NCBI GenBank assembly: GCA_965218435.1
Contig: CBDCKW010000007.1
Coordinates: forward strand, 1-12,337
Length of the DNA stretch: 12,337 nucleotides
Source: Truepera sp.
GTDB lineage: Bacteria > Deinococcota > Deinococci > Deinococcales > Trueperaceae
Reading direction: 5' to 3'
The notes under the pieces are model-generated. The model did no database searches, was not told the DNA's origin, and saw nothing but the letters and a program-made list of their open reading frames with translations. Positions within the stretch are counted from its first letter, which is position 1. Every line of letters begins with the position of its first letter. Of the stretch, positions 1 through 8,245 are shown piece by piece. The position numbers and the translations under genes were made by a program.

Positions 1-40
1 GCGAGAGCGGGTTTCTTCATGAGGTTATGTCGGCGCGTCA

Positions 41-1153
41 TTAGCGGGACAGCATACGGGCCGTCAGATCACGGGCAATGAGACCGAGGCGCGTCCGCGG
101 AATCAGCAGCGAGGCTATCAGCCCGAATTGACGAAGCTTCGGGGCGACCCGGACCCGGTGCTCGGCTTCATAGCGGCGGAAGGCCCGGGCTGGGTCACAT
201 GGGCTTGACACGAGCGCTTCTGCTAGGGTGTGAGCGCCGGCCATCGCCAGAGACGAGCCGTCCCCAAACAGGGAGAGACACGCCGCGGCGTCCCCCAGCA
301 GCACGACCCGTCCCCGCGACCAAGTCGGCAGGCGCACCAGGCTCACCGCGTCGAAGTACAGGTCCTGGGTATCGCGCAACTGCTCCAGCAGTTCAGGCAC
401 CCGCCAGCCCACGTTCCGGTAGGCGTGAGCAACGAAGCGCTTGTGCCCCTCCGTATCCTGATAGTCGAGTTGCACCTCTGGGTGGCGAAAGAAAAAGCCA
501 GCTCCCCCGTGCCCCCGAATCGGATGAATCGCCACCAGCCGCCCGGGGGTGTTGTGCATCAGTACGTCGTGCGGATGATCGACGGGCCCGGCCAAGGGCA
601 TTGTAGCAACGTACATACCCATGTGCCGCACGAAGCGGTCGGGCGGACCAAAGGCGAGGTGCCGCACGACTGAATGCAGACCGTCGGCACCAATGACCAG
701 GTCAAAACGGCGCTGGGCATGTTGCTCAAACGTAACATCGACACCTCCCTCGTCCTGCTGCATCCCGGTGATCGTGTCACCGAATAGGAACTCGGCGGCG
801 TCGCGGGCAACGTCGACGAGGATGCGGGCGAGGTCGCTGCGGGGGATTTCGATCTCACGGGTGCCGGCGGCGCTGTGACCGGCAGGAGTCGGCACGCGGG
901 CGAAGCGGCGTCCTGCACGGTCGTAAAAGCTTATGGCAGTCACGGATGTAGCGGCGTAGCGCAGGGCCGGGACGATGCCCATTGCCTCAGCGACGGGGAG
1001 GGCGGGGCCGCGCACGTCGACGGGGTTGCCGCTAGAACGCAACTCCCAGGTCCGCTCAACCACGGTCGGACGGAAGCCGTGCCGAGCAAGCCAGTAAGCC
1101 AGCGTGGGACCGGCAACGCCAGCCCCGGAGATCAGCACCGTGAGGGAAGACAT
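41..1153 (-). CDS. FAD-dependent monooxygenase (group A flavoprotein, FAD_binding_3 type)
   Basis: 370 aa. GAGVAG Rossmann motif, LVIGADG (DG motif) and VVLLGDAA (GD motif). Divergent from a TetR gene. Confidence 0.92.
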   Translation of the reverse strand: MSSLTVLISGAGVAGPTLAYWLARHGFRPTVVERTWELRSSGNPVDVRGPALPVAEAMGIVPALRYAATSVTAISFYDRAGRRFARVPTPAGHSAAGTREIEIPRSDLARILVDVARDAAEFLFGDTITGMQQDEGGVDVTFEQHAQRRFDLVIGADGLHSVVRHLAFGPPDRFVRHMGMYVATMPLAGPVDHPHDVLMHNTPGRLVAIHPIRGHGGAGFFFRHPEVQLDYQDTEGHKRFVAHAYRNVGWRVPELLEQLRDTQDLYFDAVSLVRLPTWSRGRVVLLGDAAACLSLFGDGSSLAMAGAHTLAEALVSSPCDPARAFRRYEAEHRVRVAPKLRQFGLIASLLIPRTRLGLIARDLTARMLSR

Positions 1154-1157
1154 AGCC

Positions 1158-1203
1158 TACATTACTTCACCCGTTGCAAAATTGCAACGGGTGAAGTAAT
1201 GTA
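1158..1203. promoter_or_regulatory. Perfect 22-bp inverted repeat (2-nt spacer): probable TetR operator overlapping divergent promoters
   Basis: TACATTACTTCACCCGTTGCAA-AA-TTGCAACGGGTGAAGTAATGTA. Contains TTGCAA-N17-TAATGT on both strands. Confidence 0.8.
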
Positions 1204-1224
1204 ATTGGTGTCTATAGTAGAGGT

Positions 1225-1836
1225 ATGACCTTTCGCGACCGCAAACGTGCCCGCACCCGGCAAGCGCTCGTAGACGCCGCGACTGAACTCTTCGAGCGCC
1301 ACGGCTACAATGAGACCACTCTTGCCGACATCACCGCCGTTGCGGACATCAGCAAACGCGCCTTCTTCGGGTATTTCGCCAGCAAGGAAGACCTACTGTT
1401 CCCCGAAAGCGACGCGCGGGTCCATGCGGCGGTGGAGGCCATCGGGTCCCGCCATCCCGATGAAGGTCCAGCGGACGTGCTGCTGCGCGCCCTGAACTCC
1501 GTCAGCAGCGATGGGGACGACCTCACCGGCCGCCGCGCCACCCTCCGTTTGCAGCTGATCCGCGCCGTGCCGGCAGTTCGCGGTAGAGCCCTGCAACTTC
1601 AGCTTGACGCACAGCGCGACATCGCTCGGCACCTAGTGACCGCGTTCCCCAACGAACTGGACGAGGTGAGCGCCGCAGCCCTGACTGGGGCCTTCATCGG
1701 GGCGGTCACCGGTGCCCTCGACGTGCTCCTCGAACGCTTAGATCACCCGCTCAGCCCGGCGGAGGTGCAGGCGGCTGTTCAGCGGGCCACGGATGTCGCG
1801 CTCGCTCCGTGGCGGAAGCTGACCCTTCCATCGTGA
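1225..1836 (+). CDS. TetR/AcrR family transcriptional regulator
   Basis: 203 aa. N-terminal HTH: RKRARTRQALVDAATELFERHGYNETTLADITAVADISKRAFFGYFASKEDLL. Confidence 0.95.
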   Translation: MTFRDRKRARTRQALVDAATELFERHGYNETTLADITAVADISKRAFFGYFASKEDLLFPESDARVHAAVEAIGSRHPDEGPADVLLRALNSVSSDGDDLTGRRATLRLQLIRAVPAVRGRALQLQLDAQRDIARHLVTAFPNELDEVSAAALTGAFIGAVTGALDVLLERLDHPLSPAEVQAAVQRATDVALAPWRKLTLPS

Positions 1837-1986
1837 TCCCAGGCGAAGACGCCCCCACACGGCCAGGCGGTTACAACTTTTAACACTCCGCCCCTGCCCG
1901 CTCTTTCTCACGAAGTCCGTGGTCATTCAGGAATACGTCTCCCTATTGACTGACCTCGCTGCTTCACCGAAGCGTGCGAGCCGCAG

Positions 1987-2157
1987 GTGATCGAAGCCGA
2001 CGACGACCTTGCCCGCGTGTTACAGCGCGAGTATGAGCATTTAGGCAGCAAACTTTACTTAGACCGGCTGCCTCTTAAGGTCAAGCACAAGCACCGCGCC
2101 TACCTCGTCTCGTTGCAGCGGCTGGCCTACTTGAAGGGGTTAAAAAGCGCTCGCTAA
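1987..2157 (+). CDS. Hypothetical 56-aa protein (not in the ORF track)
   Basis: GTG..TAA, MIEADDDLARVLQREYEHLGSKLYLDRLPLKVKHKHRAYLVSLQRLAYLKGLKSAR. The start overlaps an upstream TGA (GTGA). Confidence 0.35.
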   Translation: MIEADDDLARVLQREYEHLGSKLYLDRLPLKVKHKHRAYLVSLQRLAYLKGLKSAR

Positions 2158-2186
2158 ACTCTTCCAACTGGTTTTCATCAGGTTTG

Positions 2187-2337
2187 TTAGAAAAACTTGT
2201 CCAGCAGTCTGAAAAATGCGAGGTCGCGGTACCGGTCGCCGACCCCGGCTCACGTCCACAAAGCCGCCCAGACCCCGGGCCGTCACTAGGACGTTCGGCA
2301 GCGTGAGGTCGCCGTGCGTAACAGCTAGGTCTTCTTT
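2187..2337 (-). pseudogene. 3' remnant of an APH(3')-type aminoglycoside phosphotransferase
   Basis: Reads KEDLAVTHGDLTLPNVLVTARGLGGFVDVSR, then after a frameshift GVGDRYRDLA-FFRLLDKFF*. Matches the APH(3') HGDxxxxN, FxDxxRxGxxDRYxDLA and terminal LLDEFF motifs. Confidence 0.8.
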
Positions 2338-2360
2338 TCGGCTCGAATGAATTATTAGGC
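2337..2360 (-). mobile_element. Truncated (5' half) integron attC-like site
   Basis: GCCTAATAATTCATTCGAGCCGAA begins 16 nt after the methyltransferase stop. Resembles the R''-L'' half of short attC sites (GCCTAACAATTCATTCAAGCCGA...). The 3' half is absent. Confidence 0.6.
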
Positions 2361-2376
2361 ATCGCCTGCGTTCCAG

Positions 2377-3177
2377 CTAGGAGAACACGTAAAGACAAGA
2401 CGTGATGTTCCGCACGACTTTTCCGTTGAACTGCGTGTCAGCTATGGTCATGAGCTCACCCAGCAGTTTTGCTCGCGCGTCGTCATCAAGCTGTTGGACG
2501 TGAGAGAAGCTTTCATAGAGTTTTGCAACCTGGTTCGTAGTAAGGACAAGCGACCATCGGGACTCACGATATTCGGTGTTGTTGAATCCGGCTGCGTTGG
2601 CCTCTGCTTCTCTTGCCGCGCGGTCGAGAGCAAAAGGAACTGTCTTAGGATTTTCAGAAGGACCAACTGCTAGAGGTGTAAGCAAACTATGCGTCGCGTC
2701 ATGAAACAAATCTTCTTTGTCTACGTCGCCTAGCACATTCCAGAAAAGCGCCACGGATCCATCACGCCTGAGCAGGCGCTTGATCTTACGCAGGCCAGAA
2801 ATGGGTTCGATCCAGTGGAATGCCGTCGCGGCGACTACCAGGTCAAACTGATTGTCTGACAAGGCGACATCTTCAAAACTTTCGTGGATGACCTGACAGT
2901 GTGCAGATGAAGCGTTAGCTGCCTTGCCGAGCAGAGCGGCAAAGCGCACATCTGGCTCAACAAGTGTTAAGGGGTCGGCTCCATATGCTATTAGGTACCG
3001 CGTCGCTTTCCCAGTCCCCGCGCCAATCTCCAAAGTTGGCGTTCCCTCGATGAGCACTCCACGCTCCCTAAGATGATCAAACATCCATATGGGATAGTCG
3101 GGCCGAGTGTCCTCATAGCCTTGAGGATTTAAGCCAAATAGTCGTCGGCCTTCGTTCAAATTTATTTGCTCGGGCAT
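2377..3177 (-). CDS. Class I SAM-dependent methyltransferase
   Basis: 266 aa. Motif I LEIGAGTG, FDLVVAATAFHW, and N-terminal YEDTRPDYP. GC is about 50% in sampled lines versus about 70% in a sampled line of the monooxygenase gene. Confidence 0.92.
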   Translation of the reverse strand: MPEQINLNEGRRLFGLNPQGYEDTRPDYPIWMFDHLRERGVLIEGTPTLEIGAGTGKATRYLIAYGADPLTLVEPDVRFAALLGKAANASSAHCQVIHESFEDVALSDNQFDLVVAATAFHWIEPISGLRKIKRLLRRDGSVALFWNVLGDVDKEDLFHDATHSLLTPLAVGPSENPKTVPFALDRAAREAEANAAGFNNTEYRESRWSLVLTTNQVAKLYESFSHVQQLDDDARAKLLGELMTIADTQFNGKVVRNITSCLYVFS

Positions 3178-3296
3178 CGTAACTTTCCATTCCTCTTGGC
3201 AAGTTCGTTTTAGTCAAAACATTTGTACCGGTATGTAGGGCAGGCCGAAGATTATCCGTACGAGATAAGCCGGCAAAGAGCCCATTGTACTAGAGT

Positions 3297-4166
3297 TTAG
3301 TAGACGCGCGCCGCGTCTTTGGGCAACGCGTGAACGTATAGAAGGTGAGCGCTCACGCGCTAGTCGTCGGCGTGCGGGTAGACGAAACTGAAATGCTGCG
3401 CCACATGCGTCGCCGCAAGCCGGAATAGGGTGCAAGTCGCCAGTAGCGCATCCCAACCGCGCGCCTCGTCGGCGTCGGCGTAGGTCGTGAACAGCAGGGT
3501 CCTCAGTTCGGGCTCGAGTTCGCGCTCTAGGTATTTGTTGTACGAGTCTAAGTTGCGGGAAAATCCAGTGCGCACGCCCACGTACCAAGCTAGCATCGAC
3601 ATGAGTTGTGGGCGAATGATCGAATCGTGGCAGAACTTCGCGTACACGACCTGCGAGCGCCAGAGGCCCTTGGCGACGTAAGGGCACACCCACCAGAATT
3701 CGTTACAGCAGTCGTCGAACGCCTTGGCACTTGGCGCTTCGGGCAGGTAGTCGCGGTCGCTCGGCGGCGCGAGGGGCGGCAGCAATCCGTCCTTATCGAG
3801 CAGCAGCACGCTCAGGCTGTCAAAGTCGAGCACCTCGATCTCGCTGGCGGGGGTGAAGGTGAGATCAATGCGGTTGCCGTCGGCGAACTGCATCAAGTAC
3901 GAGAAGGTGCGCTGTCCTTTGGGCGGCGGGCTGCCCATTGCGTCGGGCGTCTGCAGGATCATGTGCTCACCAAACCAGTCGATCCAAGAAGGGTCGGCTA
4001 CGAAGGAGGCGACGTCTGTTACGAGGTACATGACATCGAAGTCCTGAAACGGGTCCGGGGACACGTCAGGAGACGTACGCGAACCGCTGAGGACAACGGC
4101 GCGGATGCGTTTGTCAGCGTTGGCGACGTCCGTGATGAGAGCGAGCATCGTCTCGGCGTTACGCAT
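3297..4166 (-). CDS. aadK: Aminoglycoside 6-adenylyltransferase (ANT(6)/AadK family) with a premature TAG at 3360-3362
   Basis: Probable start MRNAETMLALITDVANADKRIRAVVLSGSR at 4166. Motifs FQDFDV, YLMQFADGNRIDL, LLDKD, FDDCCNEFWW, YVAKGLWR. After the TAG the frame continues RVSAHLLYVHALPKDAARVY to TAA at 3297 (289 codons in total). Translated product is 268 aa. Confidence 0.88.
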
Positions 4167-4503
4167 CAGGCTTCTGCTCTGGCCTACCAAGATGGCATAG
4201 GAACATGACTTAAGCGTACGTTTGCATCCCTTGCGGCGTCTAGATTTCAACTTGCGTAAATAGCACCAAGCTCGAGCGCTGCAGACCATCCTAAACCAAA
4301 CGCTCACACCCTCTACGGACCGCTCAGCCCAAGGAAAGCGCGTGCTGGTAACACCATGAGCTATCGAAGCGTCCGGGCCGTCAGGCGGTGCGACCTTAGC
4401 CACCTTGCAAGTGATCAGAAACCGGTGTTCTGGGGACGCTCGAGCGGCGCTTCGGCCACCACACCCTGACCCATTCGCTTCTAGGGATGGTACTCCTGGG
4501 GTA

Positions 4504-4863
4504 TGGCTCGAGCTTCCGGTGCAGCTAGCTATGGGTCATCCAGTCGAAAGCTACCCCTTTAATTGGTCCGTGTACACGTGGCTGCCTGGCGAGAACGCCA
4601 ACGGTCAGCTGTCAGCAGTCATCGACTGGGGTGGCCTCAACGTGGGCGATCATGCGTGCGACTTGCAGCCCGTGCGGAATGTGTTCGCGGGCGACTGTCG
4701 CCTACGGTTCCGAGACGAACTCGAGGCGTCGTAGTTACGTGGCCGCGGCTGGGCGCTCTACCAGGCTGTGTCAGCGCTAACGTACTACTGGGACACCAAC
4801 CCCGGAATGCTCCGCCAAGCCTCACATGCGCTGGCACAAGTTTTCGCCGACAGCCCCCCTTGA
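4504..4863 (+). pseudogene. Decayed APH/choline-kinase-like phosphotransferase (same family as 8246-9145)
   Basis: LELPVQLAMGHPVESYPFNWSVYTWLPGENANG joins directly to QLSAVIDWGGLNVGDHACDL, then ...AS*LRGRGWAL...TGA. No N-terminus, the HGD segment is deleted, and there is an in-frame TAG at 4732 where the paralog has W. Confidence 0.85.
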
Positions 4864-4875
4864 ACGACCCGTTTT

Positions 4876-4893
4876 TATGCGGTATTTGAGCGC
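4876..4893 (+). repeat. Copy A of the TATGCGGYAGTTGRGC motif
   Basis: TATGCGGTATTTGAGCGC, 17/18 identical to 11713-11730. Confidence 0.6.
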
Positions 4894-4971
4894 CACAACT
4901 GCGTGTCAACGTCAACGACCCAACTCTTACTCTTCACTTGCCTGCCATGTTGGGAGTACACTATTACCAAT

Positions 4972-5424
4972 ATGACGACATGGACGCCTCCTCGAACCAT
5001 AACACTGAGCCCCGGACGCACTCTGACCGAACACGTCTTCGGCAAGCACTACACGACCGACGCGGCACGCCATCAGATCGGCGAGGGCTTCGACGCGGAC
5101 GTGTTCAGACGTTTCGAAAAGGCTGTACTTGCCCCACGCGGGTCGCTTGCCGAACACCTGGGGGTCAGCGAGCGTACCTTACTGCGCCGCCTCCACGAGA
5201 ACAAGCATTTCAGCGCCTCCGAAAGCGACCGGCTCTACCGGCTGATCGACCTTTACAGCCAGGCAGCGGACGTCTTGGGTAGCCTCGAGGCCGCCAGGGA
5301 GTGGATGACCGGTCCGGCGGTGGCGCTCGGGGATCAGACGCCCCTGTCTTATGCCACGAATGAAGCGGGTGCCAAACGTGTTGAGCAACTTCTTACCCGC
5401 ATTGATGACGGTGTCTACAGCTGA
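4972..5424 (+). CDS. Antitoxin Xre/MbcA/ParS family (RES-Xre type II TA)
   Basis: 150 aa from ATG 4972. HTH LAEHLGVSERTLLRR, SESDRLYRL, AREWMTGPAVALGDQTPL, C-terminal DGVYS. Lies upstream of a RES gene. Confidence 0.92.
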   Translation: MTTWTPPRTITLSPGRTLTEHVFGKHYTTDAARHQIGEGFDADVFRRFEKAVLAPRGSLAEHLGVSERTLLRRLHENKHFSASESDRLYRLIDLYSQAADVLGSLEAAREWMTGPAVALGDQTPLSYATNEAGAKRVEQLLTRIDDGVYS

Positions 5425-5882
5425 AAGCGTTCAGAGTCAGCAAGGCGAAGTACGCCAGCACAGCCTTCGAGGGGGTAGGCAGCAAAAAGGCAGGGGGTCG
5501 TTGGAACAGTCCCGGTCACGCCGTCGTCTATGCAAGTGAGAACCGCGCGACTGCTGCTCTGGAGATTCTCGTGCACATCAGACGGGCACAGCTGCTCAGG
5601 GACGACTACGTCATCTTCGAGCTCGACGTTCCCAAAAATTTGGTGGTCACGCTCGAACCACACGCGTTAGCTGAGGAGTGGGACGCCCCCATCGAGACGA
5701 CCGCCAGCACCGACATCGGCGACGCCTGGTTCGACGCCCGCGTGAGCGTGGCCTTGAGGGTGCCCAGCGTCGCTATCCGAGGTGAGATCAACGTGCTGCT
5801 CAATCCTGAGCATCCGGACTTCGACAAGGTGGCTATTCATCCACCCGAGCCGTTCTTGTTTGATAAGCGGCTAGGTCAGTAA
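5421..5882 (+). CDS. RES-domain toxin (NAD+ phosphorylase/ParT/MbcT-like), CTG start
   Basis: The frame reads LKAFRVSKAKYASTAFEGVGSKKAGGRWNSPGHAVVYASENRATAALEILVH...LRVPSV...NVLLNPEHPDF...FDKRL, with GGRWN and VYAS motifs. The ORF-track start at 5571 omits the conserved N-terminus. Confidence 0.9.
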   Translation: MKAFRVSKAKYASTAFEGVGSKKAGGRWNSPGHAVVYASENRATAALEILVHIRRAQLLRDDYVIFELDVPKNLVVTLEPHALAEEWDAPIETTASTDIGDAWFDARVSVALRVPSVAIRGEINVLLNPEHPDFDKVAIHPPEPFLFDKRLGQ

Positions 5883-5911
5883 GTTTGCCGCCTAACCTCA
5901 TGCAGCAACCT

Positions 5912-5927
5912 TATGCGGCAGTTGGGC
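5912..5927 (+). repeat. Copy B of the TATGCGGYAGTTGRGC motif
   Basis: TATGCGGCAGTTGGGC, 14/16 identical to copy C, about 30 nt after the toxin stop. Confidence 0.5.
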
Positions 5928-6069
5928 CGTATAGTCACGCATAACAGACAGTCCGCTTTGCGCAGGCGAACCTTGCGTGCGTTTTTGCCTAATTTGTCCT
6001 AAACCGCAACGCTTGCCGTCGCGTAGGTGGTTTTAACACTGTCAACCAAAATGCCTTCGCCTCAAGTTG

Positions 6070-6426
6070 TTAGGCAGGCACCTGATCGAAAAAGCCGGTG
6101 ACCTCGGCCAGCCGACCACCCACGACCACCCCGAAGTCAGTCGCCTTGACGACCGCCGGGCCGTGCTCGGGCACTAGCTCCCAGCGGCAGCGCACCCGGT
6201 CCCCAAAGCCGTCCACGCCCCCGGCGAGACGCAGCGTGTGACTCGGGAACTGCGCTTGGACGCCCTGTACCAGAAGGTCAAGCTCTGCGTGCCCCTCCCC
6301 CGCCATGAGCGGGTCCCGGTAGCGGGCGTTCTCGGTGAACGTCCGGGCGATCAACTCCCTGCGCCGCTCGGCGTCGGCCTCGTTCCAGAGGGCGATGTAA
6401 CGTTCGATCAGTCCGGTGTTGTCCAT
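6070..6426 (-). CDS. SnoaL-like / NTF2-family protein
   Basis: 118 aa. LIERYIALWNEADAERRRELIARTFTENARYRDPL...VTGFFD. RBS AGGAG lies 6 nt upstream. Confidence 0.88.
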   Translation of the reverse strand: MDNTGLIERYIALWNEADAERRRELIARTFTENARYRDPLMAGEGHAELDLLVQGVQAQFPSHTLRLAGGVDGFGDRVRCRWELVPEHGPAVVKATDFGVVVGGRLAEVTGFFDQVPA

Positions 6427-6497
6427 AACCTGCTCCTCTCGTTACGCCGCCCGTGTATTGGCAGCGCTTGGACCCCATGTTGGCAGGCACGGTGCGT

Positions 6498-6549
6498 GCT
6501 GTCGATTACCTCTGAGGTATTCGACAGCGGTCGTAAACCGGGCTAGGGT
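6498..6549. promoter_or_regulatory. Operator palindrome and leaderless promoter of the XRE gene
   Basis: GCTGTCGATTACCTC-T-GAGGTATTCGACAGC (14/15 dyad, 6498-6528) overlaps TCGACA-N17-TAGGGT, which ends 6 nt before ATG 6556. Confidence 0.7.
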
Positions 6550-6555
6550 AGCGCT

Positions 6556-7380
6556 ATGGTTACAAACGTCGCCCCCCCGCCTGTCGGCGACCTGCTGCGG
6601 AGGTGGCGGGAGCGTCGCCGGGTCAGCCAGCTCGACCTCTCGGGCGAGGCGGGCATCTCAGCCCGGCATCTGAGCTTCATCGAAACGGGCCGCGCTAAGC
6701 CGAGCCGGGAGACGGTGCTTCGCCTCGCCAAGCACCTCGAGGTCCCCCTGCGCGAGCAGAACGACCTCTTGTTGGCGGCCGGGTACGCGCCCGTCTTCCC
6801 GCAGCGCCCGCTGGACGACCCGGCGTTGCAGTCCGTCCGGGAGACGGTCGGGCTAGTCCTGAGAGGTCACGAACCGTTCCCGGCGCTGGCGCTCGACCGC
6901 CACTGGGACGTGGTGGCCATGAACCGGGCGGTCCCCCCGCTCCTCGACGGGGTAAGCTCCGCCCTGCTCGAGCCGCCCGTCAACGTGCTGCGCCTCAGCC
7001 TGCACCCCGACGGGCTCGAGCCGCGCATCCTGAACCTGGCGAGGTGGCGCGAGCACCTGTTCGAGCAACTCGCCCGCCAAATCCGGCTCACGAGCGACCC
7101 GGCGCTGATAGCGCTGAAGGACGAGCTGGGCGCGTACCCGGGTCCGCCCCTAGCTCAGCAACTTCAGGACCACGCCGGGGTGGCGGTGCCCCTGCAACTC
7201 GTTGCCCACGGCACCGCCTTGTCGCTGATCAGTACCACCACCGTGTTCGGCACCCCGGTGGACGTCACCGTGTCCGAGCTCGCCTTGGAGACGTTCTTCC
7301 CGGCGGATGCCGAAACCGCCGAGGTGCTCAAGAACGCGCTGGGGAGGCAGACCCGAGCGCCCGAGTGCCGCGATCAGTAG
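6556..7380 (+). CDS. XRE-family HTH regulator with MmyB-like ligand-binding domain
   Basis: 274 aa. GDLLRRWRERRRVSQLDL..ISARHLSFIETGRAKPSRE, HEPFPALALDRHWDVVAMN, STTTVFGTPVDVTVSELALETFFPAD. Confidence 0.93.
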   Translation: MVTNVAPPPVGDLLRRWRERRRVSQLDLSGEAGISARHLSFIETGRAKPSRETVLRLAKHLEVPLREQNDLLLAAGYAPVFPQRPLDDPALQSVRETVGLVLRGHEPFPALALDRHWDVVAMNRAVPPLLDGVSSALLEPPVNVLRLSLHPDGLEPRILNLARWREHLFEQLARQIRLTSDPALIALKDELGAYPGPPLAQQLQDHAGVAVPLQLVAHGTALSLISTTTVFGTPVDVTVSELALETFFPADAETAEVLKNALGRQTRAPECRDQ

Positions 7381-7409
7381 ATTCCGTTTTTCGACGAAGG
7401 AGACCGCTT

Positions 7410-7733
7410 GTGCCCGCTTATGCCGTTGCGCTCATCACCGATACCGTCCTGAACGAGGAGCTCGAGGCGTACCTCGAGCAAATCGACGACACCCTGCGCC
7501 CGTTCTCTGGCAAGTACCGCATCCACAGCGGGCCGTACAGGCCGCTGGAGGGAGCTTGGACGGGCGACCTGGTGCTGCTAGAGTTTCCCGACATGGACCG
7601 CGCTCGCGGTTGGTACAGCTCGGCGGCGTATCAGGCCATCAAACCCTTGAGAACCCGGAATTCGGCGGCGACCGTGATCTTGACCGAGGGCGTGCCTGAG
7701 ACGCACCGCGGTCGCGACCTGCTGAGAAGGTAG
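7410..7733 (+). CDS. DUF1330 domain protein
   Basis: GTG start after AAGGAG. 107 aa MPAYAVA...LEGAWTGDLVLLEFPDMDRARGWYSSAAYQAIKPLR. The ORF-track start at 7044 is over-extended. Confidence 0.88.
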   Translation: MPAYAVALITDTVLNEELEAYLEQIDDTLRPFSGKYRIHSGPYRPLEGAWTGDLVLLEFPDMDRARGWYSSAAYQAIKPLRTRNSAATVILTEGVPETHRGRDLLRR

Positions 7734-8245
7734 TCGGGAGTTTCCGGGGTTCGGGACGAGAGCGTATAGCTGATACCAAATCTTTGTGGCTTGTTCCCAA
7801 CGTCGGTACCAAACCTGGCATAGTTGATGTGGCAATACTGCTGAGTTGGTCGCAGAAAGTATTAAAAACGGCGACCCTTCGGTGAGCCGCTTCGCACAAC
7901 GGTAGAAGTGGTGGATTTCGTAGCGCGTTGGTTTAGGCGTTCAACGAGCGCGTTTGAAGGCAGACCCATATGCGTTTATCGGGCCGCACCGCCGCACAGC
8001 GAGCAGCCTTTTGTCATCTCGCAGTAGCGCTAACCTTGTTCTATGCTCGGTCTCGCACCGCCTTCAAGGCGCGGTTCGCCGGGCTAGCGCGCCGAGCAAC
8101 TCTCCAACGCTGGTTTGTGCGTAGTCGGAGGACGTTGAATCCTGTCCTCCCAACACCATACGTGGACGCCGTTCCGCAGTGAGGTCGTCCGCAACCCGAC
8201 ACGGATGGGCCGCGGTTATTCGATAATTTGCAAAAGGAGATTGTC

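Noticed and set aside
4167..4403. 79-aa N-terminal extension of ANT(6) in the ORF track (likewise the extensions from 4903, 7044 and 8228)
   Set aside because: Family homology, and in some cases RBS position, point to downstream starts.
3360..4734. Amber recoding suggested by two in-frame TAGs
   Set aside because: They correspond to different expected residues (E/Q versus W), one lies in a deleted pseudogene, and TAG terminates other genes normally (2377, 7380, 7733).
1878..6040. TTTTAACACT at 1878 and 6031
   Set aside because: Only 10 bp with no flanking similarity, which is compatible with chance.
5890..6075. Full attC between GCCTAAC and GTTAGGC
   Set aside because: 186 bp is longer than known attC sites and there are no complementary L boxes. 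The inner 38-bp hairpin is too short.
7734..8245. ORFs 7970-8182 and 8041-8403 and small hairpins
   Set aside because: No recognisable motif or RBS, and the hairpins are short and imperfect.
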